Positions 46,851 through 47,100 of a stretch of 47,100 nucleotides of DNA are shown one piece after another. Position 1 is the stretch's first letter, and every line of letters begins with the position of its first letter. Origin of the DNA: Chloroflexota bacterium. GTDB lineage: Bacteria > Chloroflexota > Limnocylindria > Limnocylindrales > CSP1-4. The stretch spans positions 1 through 47,100 of the forward strand of contig JANLSG010000249.1 in the NCBI GenBank assembly GCA_031362295.1. The letters are read 5' to 3'. The notes beneath the pieces are model-generated. The model was given only the letters and a program-made list of their open reading frames with translations. It was not told the origin of the DNA and made no database searches. Made by a program: the position numbers and the translations under genes.

Positions 46851-47100
46851 GTTCAACACGCCCCAGAACTGCCGCGGACCTGCTCGTCCAGTGCCTTGAG
46901 GCTGAGTCCTGCGACTACGTCTTCTCCGTGCCGGGCGAGGAGACGCTCGACCTGCTCGAGTCGCTCTCGCGCTCCGAGACAATCAGGCACATCACCACCC
47001 GGCACGAGCAGGGCGCCGCGTTCATGGCGGACGTCTATGGCCGGCTCACGGGTCGCGCCGCGGTGGCCATGGCGACCCTCGGCCCGGGTGCCACGAACCT
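46847..47100 (+). CDS. Second acetolactate synthase-like ThDP enzyme, 3'-truncated
   Basis: My translation from GTG 46847: [59 protein letters not shown]. Confidence 0.9.
   Translation, partial: MSSTRPRTAADLLVQCLEAESCDYVFSVPGEETLDLLESLSRSETIRHITTRHEQGAAFMADVYGRLTGRAAVAMATLGPGATN

Overview
A very GC-rich bacterial chromosomal segment. The gene content and protein style suggest Chloroflexota, possibly the Limnocylindria/Ellin6529 group (inference only). It is mostly core metabolism: fatty-acid synthesis (fabD, two fabF, a thioesterase, a divergent MarR regulator), branched-chain amino-acid synthesis (an attenuator-controlled ilvBNC-leuA-leuB-cimA operon ending in a stand-alone LeuA allosteric domain, plus separate leuCD and ilvD), pheA, peptidases and lipoproteins. 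I see no rRNA, tRNA, CRISPR array or transposase. The most notable items are: (1) a cyclic-nucleotide module built around a STAND-ATPase/TPR protein with two tandem class III cyclase domains whose catalytic residues are degenerate in complementary ways (like mammalian C1/C2), next to an MFS-cNMP fusion, with a second MFS-cNMP fusion and a free cNMP protein nearby; (2) three XRE-HTH genes, two fused to a PD-(D/E)xK-like domain, wedged between housekeeping genes, sharing an upstream DNA motif and each flanked by repeats or structured DNA; (3) an unusually long ilv leader peptide; (4) widespread apparently leaderless gene starts.
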